A stretch of 64,000 bases of DNA from Guillardia theta CCMP2712 (taxonomy: Eukaryota > Protista > Cryptophyta), in assembly GCF_000315625.1 (NCBI RefSeq), contig NW_005434643.1, positions 128,212-192,211 on the forward strand. Reading direction: 5' to 3'. The position numbers were made by a program, and so were the translations under genes. Below the pieces are notes generated by a model. It saw nothing but the letters and a program-made list of their open reading frames with translations. It made no database searches and was not told where the DNA came from. Positions 52,322-60,600 of this stretch are shown one piece after another. The number at the start of each line of letters is the position of its first letter. Positions within the stretch are counted from its first letter, which is position 1.

Positions 52322-52891
52322 ATGAGCTGCCACGCCTGCGATCAGATCAGCCTAGAGGACGCCATCGCCAGCCTCTACCCTCAGGACCTCTACTACTCTC
52401 CTGTCACTTCCGACCCTCTCGACCTCATGCACTCGTGGATCGCTGAGAACCCCATTCCGCATGCCCACTGCAACTTTTCGGACGCGAACGAGGCCGATGT
52501 CGCGAGGAGCAGGCGCTGGGCGGAGGCAACGCTGGAAAGGTCCAACTCCAACACCTCCCTGAGCAGCGCTGCAACTGCAAGCTTGTCCGATGCGGAGTGG
52601 GGAGAAGCGGGAAATCCTGAGCCGGAGAAGAAAGTCAAGGCGAAGCGAAGCTACAAGCCCAAGACCAGCCGGACGCAGTGGACGAAGGAGGAGCACGCGA
52701 GCTTCGTGGCAGCGGTAGAGGCACACTGTCCCATGGAGACAAGGAGCGGGGCGAATGGGAAGGTGTTCGTGGGACTTGGAGCAGGAGTGGCCGAGCTTAT
52801 AGCAACAGCGGTGCCGACGAGGACTGTAGCGCAGATCAGGTCGCATGCGCAGAAATACTTCCTGAGGGAGAGCAAGAAGGGCGATTGGTAA
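52322..52891 (+). CDS. SHAQKYF-class MYB transcription factor, tandem copy 3
   Basis: Near-identical to copies 1 and 2. Confidence 0.93.
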   Translation: MSCHACDQISLEDAIASLYPQDLYYSPVTSDPLDLMHSWIAENPIPHAHCNFSDANEADVARSRRWAEATLERSNSNTSLSSAATASLSDAEWGEAGNPEPEKKVKAKRSYKPKTSRTQWTKEEHASFVAAVEAHCPMETRSGANGKVFVGLGAGVAELIATAVPTRTVAQIRSHAQKYFLRESKKGDW

Positions 52892-53289
52892 CTGTGCATG
52901 ACTAGGTATGAAATGAGCTAATAAACTTGAACTGCCAAACCATTTGCATGTCCGGCCTTCACTGCGTAGAAGACGTGGTGGCTGCTGTATCTTCTCGCGG
53001 AGGCATGCACGTTTGTACGATGGGATGATGGTCGTCTTTGGTATCTCTGTCATTGGATGATTGAGCGCGAGAATATGTATACGGCGACAACCCTAGACTT
53101 TTTGTTTGTTTGAAGGATTGAAAATGAGCCAGGTCAGAAGATTTCATTTCAAACGCTATCAAACACAGGTGGATTTCTTCAGTACCGAACTATTCCTTTG
53201 TATCAGTTTTGCTTCATTTGATAAATTCCGCAACATCTCGAGGACCCACTTTGCGTCGCTATGACCCACTGCTTCCGATTGACTCTGTG

Positions 53290-54200
53290 AATCGGGTGCC
53301 AAAGCCGCAGCGGCGGCCCCGGCGGCGACTCGTGAGTCCCGGGCCACTGATCGGACAGTACGGTCGGCCGGGCCCGCCGGGGCCCGCCCGTCCGGAGTCC
53401 GGTCCGGTCACCGGGTCGACTCGCCCACCGTGACATGACTCTGTGATCAGGCCCCCGCCGGGCGGCCGGGCGGTCACCGGGTTCGGATCACGGTGGCACC
53501 GCCCCCCGGGGGCCGCCGCCGCCGGCCCGCCGCCGGGGCCCCGAGTCCGGCGCGGCGGGCGCGGCCGCGAGTCCGGAGTCCGGGCGCCGGATCAGCGGGA
53601 GCAGCTGAACAGTGGCGTGGCCGTGAGCCGGTCACTCAGGCGCAGTGACTTCCAGTCCCGGTCCGATCCCGGATAACCGCCAGCCTGCCAGTGAGGGTAG
53701 CCTCCTGGTCCTTTTTCAGGCTGGCAAAGTTAAGTTAAAAATCAGTACCTTCACTTAACTGCGCACAGGCAGGACAATTCTCCGAGGCTCCCGGGCCCGG
53801 CCGCGCCGGCGCCGCCACTGCCATGCCAGCGACCTCCGAGGCTCCGAGGCTCGCTGTGGTCACGGTCACGGTGGTGACAGCGGCGGCTCCCGGAGTACGG
53901 TCCGGGACTCCCCCGCGGGCAATCATCAATTTCCAATTCAATGATTGATGATGGAAATTGATGATCATTGCCCCTCCCCCGCCCCCGGGTGGGCACAGCC
54001 CGGCCAGGCTTCCGGCCGCCGGCCCCGGGCCTCCGAGGCTCCGGCGGCGGCCCCGCCTCCAAATATAGATGCTCAATAGTGTATCATCATATGCCGGCGG
54101 AAGTCACCTCAGTGGTGGATCGGTCATCGGGACCCGGTCACCGTCGTCACATACGGTACTGTTGGGTACAGTACGGTACGGTAGTAAACTACGGTGCTCC
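53290..54200. promoter_or_regulatory. GC-rich island upstream of the giant gene, motif copy at 53725-53749
   Basis: Composition and the motif CAAAGTTAAGTTAAAAATCAGTAC; function inferred. Confidence 0.4.
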
Positions 54201-54612
54201 CCGGCTCATCTGAGAGAGGCGTAGACGGCACAAACCTGCCTCAGGACTTATTTCACAGGGCAGAAAATGGACTGGATAGCTCATACTTTGCTGCCTTCTT
54301 TAAATCTGTCCCTTCGCGCCATGAGACACGCTCCTGTTCCCTCTGTTGCCATCAGAATCAACGAAAAGACTCCTTTTCAGACAAAGGGGTTCTTTGTTCC
54401 TCAAGGCAACAGGGGCAGCATATCTCACCTTGAATCACGCGCTCCCTCTCCCCTATCCTCAGCATCCCTCTTCTCTCCTGCCATCCTCTCTCGCCCTCTA
54501 CTCCTGTTCTCATCCCTCTCCTCTCCCCCCTCTCCTCTGTCACCCTCTACTCCTGTTCTCTCCTCTCTCCCTCTCCTCTCTCCTTTCCTTCGTCAACCGC
54601 CTCTCCTTCAAC

Positions 54613-57600
54613 ATGAACCTACGTTTCACTCTCCGAGCACGCAATGTGCGAAGCTCATTGTTTTTAACCTGCCTCATCCTGGAGTTCTCTGCCATACAGG
54701 CTCAGAATGTTGCAGAGCTATCTGCATGCTCCTCCGCATGCACGGCCAAACCCCTCTCCGGGTTTGTAAAGTTCGCGAGTGCAAATGATTCAATTGCAGC
54801 TCACCTGGTGGAAATCAATGGGACAGAGACGAACGTGTTCAGGTTTGTAAGCGTTGCTGTTCCAAACTTGATTAGACTGGAAACAAGCTCGTCGAACTCA
54901 TCTTCCATTGGGCTTCCTACTGACGGAGAGATCTGGGACGCCCTCTGCTCGGTACAGCAACTGGGAGGAAGGGTTGCAAGGCTGTACGTGTTCTCTTTCT
55001 GCAACGACTCCTCCCGCTGCCATTTTTATTGGAACGTCACTACGTCAAGGCTTGATCACAGCGAAGCGTTTTTTGAGCGCCTGGACGCAGCACTAGAGAT
55101 TGCAAACTCGCTTGGGGTCAGGCTACAGATCCCTTTCATGAACATGGCGCAGCTAGAGTCCTGGGGAGGGGCGGCAACCCTGTGCTCCTGGGCTAAAGTT
55201 GATCCTCGGAACTTTTTCGATGATGCGACAGTGCAAGAGATGTACCGGTATGTGGTGCAGACAGTCGTGACGAGGAAGAATACGAGGACCGGCATCCTCT
55301 ACCGAGACGACCCGGCGATCTTCGGATGGGAGCTCGGTAACCTTGTTTTGCACTGCGGATCCTTTCCCTTACTTACCGTTGTGGGCACAGGCAACGAGCT
55401 CTTCACTCCGACGTGTAGCGACCTGGTCAACTGTGTCAGGAACAAGCAGCTCTCAGACTTTCCCGGTGTTCCGGTCAGTTGGACCAACGAGACCTCCAGG
55501 TGGCTGCGGTCCATGGACGCCGACCATCTCATCATCGATGGCGGGTTTCCCAAGGATTCGGCGATTCTCGACCTTCCGGACTTGAACGTCATCGGCGCAA
55601 CGTACTACTACAGCACAACAGACCAGCTGCAGTCCGATCTTGACTTCAACGGGGGCAAGAAAGCGTTCCTTATCAAGGAGTTCGGCACGTCGGGGAACTC
55701 TGAATTAACTACCGTGCAAGGTGTCTTCGGCCTTATCCAGGGCAACAGCGACGTGAGCGGAGCTTTCTATTGGAGTTTGCGCAGCCATCATCGGTCTGGG
55801 GGGTTCTACTGGCACTATGAGAGCCTCGTCAATGCCTCTTCAGGTCAAACGGTCTACCCGCGCTCCCTCAATTGGCCAGGTTTCTCTAACTCGACGCCGT
55901 CGTACGAGAAAGAGATCTTCTCTCAGATCCTCACGACCGGGGAGCTCATAGGAGTGCCTCAGCCTGATGATTCGTATGTCCCGTGCCCTCCTACCATCGT
56001 CCAAGTCTCAAACTCGTTCCCTCCCTGCTACACCTTCATCGGCAGCACAGGGGCAAAGAGATACGAGATATGGCTGAGTCCCAACAATGGCAAGGAAGAC
56101 GACTGGTTTCGCATTCAAGCAGATGCAAGCGATGATGTCGTCGAGAAGATTTCTGCAATGAATTTTCTCGATGACAATACGGTTCGAACGATGATGTCGT
56201 GGACGGGCAACGAATGGCTCGTATGCTTCCAAGCGTGCAGTTACTACGACATCTGCTCCTCCTGCTCTGCTTCTCTGGTGATTGTCTTCAATGCAACCGG
56301 ATCTGCGGATCCATTTTGCTCTGCTACTGCGGCACAAGTCGCTCCCAGGGTTGAGGATAGCAGCCGATTGGGGTTGTGGATCCTGCAGCAAGACAGCACG
56401 CAACAGTTCAAAGATGCTTACCTCGTGTTCCTGACTGTGTCGTGCTGCTTCACTGGCATTGTTGTCATCATCTACTCGAAAGTTGTATATCAGGTCATTG
56501 CACGTATTCTTGGATTTCTCGTTCGTTCGCAAAAAGAAGAAGATGAAGCTCAGCCGTATCACCTTGCGAGGTTGTCGGACAACGAGAGGAACGCGAAGCT
56601 TGCTTCAGCGTCTGTCTTGTTTCAAATTGCTTGCGTCGTGTTGATACTGTTGTTCCAACGAAGAACAAGTCTAGAGCAGCATCGAGTCACAGAAGTCATG
56701 ATAGACGCGGGTCGAAGCAGCTTCTCTCTTCTCTTCTTGATCTGGGGGTTTGAGATCACGAGGATTCATTCTGCCTTTGGAAACGCAGAAAAGATGACAG
56801 CTCTCAAGTTTCTCGGGATGAAGTTTGCGTCTTCGTTTCCTTCTCTTCTTCTTGCATGCATCGTCAGCTTCATCATGCTCGGCTCCGAGCTCTGGGGCGA
56901 GTTCTTTCTCCTCCCCCTGGGGCTCAGCGCATGGATGCCTTCACTCTGGTTCAACGACGTCAACGGCCTCGCCTGGCTCCAGGGGGCACTGGGGTTCAAC
57001 GCACTCATCTTCCTCCCCGTCTTCGACTTTCTGCAGACGAGGGTGACGAGCTTGCGGTCTAAGTTGACGATGATGTTAGTCATGTGGGTCCTGTCAGCCT
57101 GGCAGGCCATCGACTTCATCGGCCTCCGCGTCTTCCTCCTCGATCGCCTCATCGCTGCCGTCTTCCTTCGCGCCTTCTCTCCCGCCTTCTTCTTCGGTGT
57201 GGCACTCGCAACCGTCGACCCCAGCAGGGTGTCATGGACGTTGAGCACTTGCCTCGGTCTGCTCTCGCTCGCTGGCTGCTTGGTTGTGCTTGCGTTCTAT
57301 CAAACAGCTTTTGGCAATTTCTCGTACATGATCGCCTGGTTGAACACGGGTCTTCTGCTTCCTCTGCAGGCACTCGTCTTCCTGTTGTTCTACAAGGCAT
57401 CTTCTGCCGTCCTGCCCAACTCTTTGCATCATGTAGCTGCAATCTTACATCCTCATCTATCGGGGGTGCTCATCAGTGCGTTGCTCATGGACTCTATGAT
57501 GTGGACGATTGTGACCAGAGTGAGTCACCAAGTGAACGATGTAGTTTGGCTGTGCTACCCCCTCTCGCTCCTCACCATCGCAGCTGTCAACTACTTCTTG

Positions 57601-60600
57601 TCAAGAAATTTTGCCGACAACCTCCGTCGCCTCTTCTACCAAATGTCGACAACGAAAGCTCAGGAGGAGGAGGAGGAGATTACAACAGAAAGCAAACTCT
57701 TCTACTACTACCTCAGCTTCTTCATTATCGTAGCCACCTTCTGTCTAGCTCAGCTGGTGAACCCGTGGGTCAATCTCGTTCAATTCAGCGGAGCAGCTGC
57801 AGACGCTCTGTGCGGCATTTCCTGGATTCTCCTTCTCCCTGCTCCTGCTCTTCTCCAGGGTCTTGCCGGCCTCCTCTTCTACCCTGCTGTCATCCCTGAC
57901 CATGCGCCTCCCATTGAAGATCAGCTGGAGAAGGAGAAGAACGAGAGGCCGGCCGTTCTCAGCTCTCGCGCTCCCTTTATCCTCTTCTTCCGCATTGTCA
58001 CCCGAGGCAACAACCCGAAGCTCGTCCTCGCAAACTGCAAAACGGCCATCGCCGTACTCGAGCGCAGTGGGCTGGCGGCTAGCCGGTGGAAGGTGGAGGT
58101 GGTCACGGACAACAAGATCGACCTCTCGGAAGCACCCTCGGTTGACCAGCTCGTCGTTCCTAGTGACTACAACCCTCCTGGTGGCTGCAAGTACAAGGCT
58201 AGAGCCCTCAACTATGCAGCCGCTGCCAGCAGAGCTCGAGCTCACGACTGGATAGTCCACCTGGACGAGGAGACGAGGTTCGAGGAAGAGACAGTGCGGC
58301 ATATCTTTGCGCACTGCATGCAGCAGGAGATCTTGTTGGCATCCGGAAAGACTTCGTTCCCGAGCATTGGGCAGGGGGTCATCTACTACAACAAGGGGGG
58401 TATAGAGAACTACCTGACTGCTCTTGCTGATACCATCCGAGTCGCTGACGACTACGCCAAGTTCAGACTGCAGTACAAGCTCTTCCGCCTTCCCCTCATC
58501 GGCATGCACGGCTCCTTCGTGGTCTGCTGCAACAAGCTGGAGCAGCAGGTGGGATGGGACTGGGGGATGGTAGGAAGCATCACTGAGGACACTTACTTTG
58601 CGATGAAGCTGGCGGGGCAAGGCGTCAGGTTTGACTGGGTGGGAGGAAAGATGTTCGAGCAAAGCCCTTTCTCCGTCAACGACTTTGGGAAGCAGCGAGC
58701 GAGATGGTTCTCAGGCCTCTGGCTCTGCGTCCTCACAGACTCGCTGCCTCTCTGGCAACGAGCTTACCTCGGCAGCCACCTTGTGTCCTGGACCGTCTGC
58801 CCTCTCCTGACCTTCGTGACTTGGCTGAACTTGCTCACCATCTTCCCGAGGTCCTCGACGTTCGTCTACCTCATGTCCTTCATCTTCTCCATCCCCTTCT
58901 GGAGCTACAGCCTTGGCTTCGTTCTTGGCTTCGATCCCAGCCAGTTCAAGCACGGAAGGCTCGAGTGGGTACTCATGTTTCTTGCACACATCAGCCTGAT
59001 CCCTGTCTACACTCTGATGGAGAGCTACGGGGTCATGCGAGGGCTCTGCGACAGGAAGACCTACACTGGATTCCACATCGTCAAGAAGGAGAAGACGGAC
59101 GAGGAGGAGAAGGCGAGCAAGGGTGACAGGGGCGAGTCGATGATCATGCTGACGAGGCTGGACGGGAAGGAGAGCTGCAGCAGCTCGGACTCTTCGTCAC
59201 ATGACAACGTCAGCATTTCTCCACCCTGCTCTGCCGGTGATGCTCGAGGGGAGGAGGACAGGAAGCTGTGGGAGACGAGGCTGACGCTTGACTTCGAAAA
59301 CTTGTTCTTTGTCAACCCCTCAGTCGACGGACCCGGGCAGCTCTTCTCGAAAGAGCAGCAGCTGGGCTGCAGCTGGACTGAGTTCCTCTCCTTCTGCCAG
59401 GATTGCAAGGTCAACCAACAAGTCGCCTTGTCCATCGCCGTCGGAACAACCCTCCGAAGGTATAGCAACTTTGCCAACACCATCTGCCTCGGGATCAGGG
59501 AGAAGAGCAGGTTTGTTCCTTTGACGAGCAACTTTGACGAGCTCGAATCTCTGTCGGGTCTCATGGCAAGCATGCAGCAGCTCTACGATGAGCACGCGAG
59601 CAAGCTCGGGGAGTGGGCGGACGTGGAGGTGCTGAGAGGGTTTGCAAGGAGAGAACAAGTGTTTCATGCGCTCCTGTCAACTGAAGAAAACAAGAGGGAG
59701 GCTGACCTGCTGTACCTTTCCAAGCTTCTCGGCGGGAAGGAGCGATGTGCAGATCTCTCCATCAGTCTGAGGGTGGAGCAGGAGAAAGTTGTTCTTCTCG
59801 GAGCTGCTGACGATGCCGTGATGTGGCCTGAGCTGATGGGTAATATGCTCTGCCACGTCAGCGTCTTCCTCTCCCATGCTGTGCGATGCCCGAGGGATAT
59901 GGCGATCGGTGACATGGAGTATCTCGATCCTGATGAGAGAAAGAGAATCCTGAGCGACTTTGCTTGGTCTGCTCGAGAGCGCCAGCAGCGACTCGGGATG
60001 GAGACGATGCAGGACCTGCTGGAAGACGCCTTCGTCCAGGCCAGCCGCAGCAGGACAGCCATCGAGTGCCCGAGAGAGGGAGTGAAGATGTCGTACGAGC
60101 AGCTCGACCGTAGCTGCCGGCGGTTGTCCCAGATGCTGTTGAGGTCAGGGGTGAAGCAAGGAGACGTCATAGCGATCGCAGCGGAGAAGACCGCAGAAAC
60201 CATCGCCTCGCTCCTCTCTGTCGTCCGATGTGGCGCTGCTTACATGCCAGTCGACATCTCGTACCCTCCCGACCGCCTTCGTTTCATGCTCTCCGACACC
60301 AACTGCCGTCTCCTCCTCTGCTCTCCCGAGCAGCAGGAGCAGTGGAGTGCTGTCTTTGCCGATGAGAGCAGGAAGAGCAAGCAGACTCTCGTCTCCTCTC
60401 GCGTCGAGGTGCTCGTCGTCAAGCCCGAGGACTTGAGCCACGCGGAGGTCAACATGGAGGAGGCTAGACGGGTACACAAGGCTCGTCCGGAGGATCCAGC
60501 TGCCATCATCTTCACCTCAGGGTCAACTGGAGTGCCCAAGGGTGTCGAGATCTCTCAGGGAGCTCTTCTTGCTCAGAACCTCGCCATGAACCAGTCTCGC

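Larger units (their letters stand above)
44533..53010. repeat. tandem segmental triplication, unit ~3.4-3.5 kb (third unit truncated after the MYB 3' region)
   Basis: MYB ATGs at 45401, 48910 and 52322 (spacings 3509 and 3412) with near-identical flanks. Confidence 0.92.

Noticed and set aside
54346-54612. 89-aa N-terminal extension of the giant ORF
   Set aside because: It starts at a non-ATG codon and runs through CT-rich UTR-like sequence. ATG 54613 gives a proper signal peptide.
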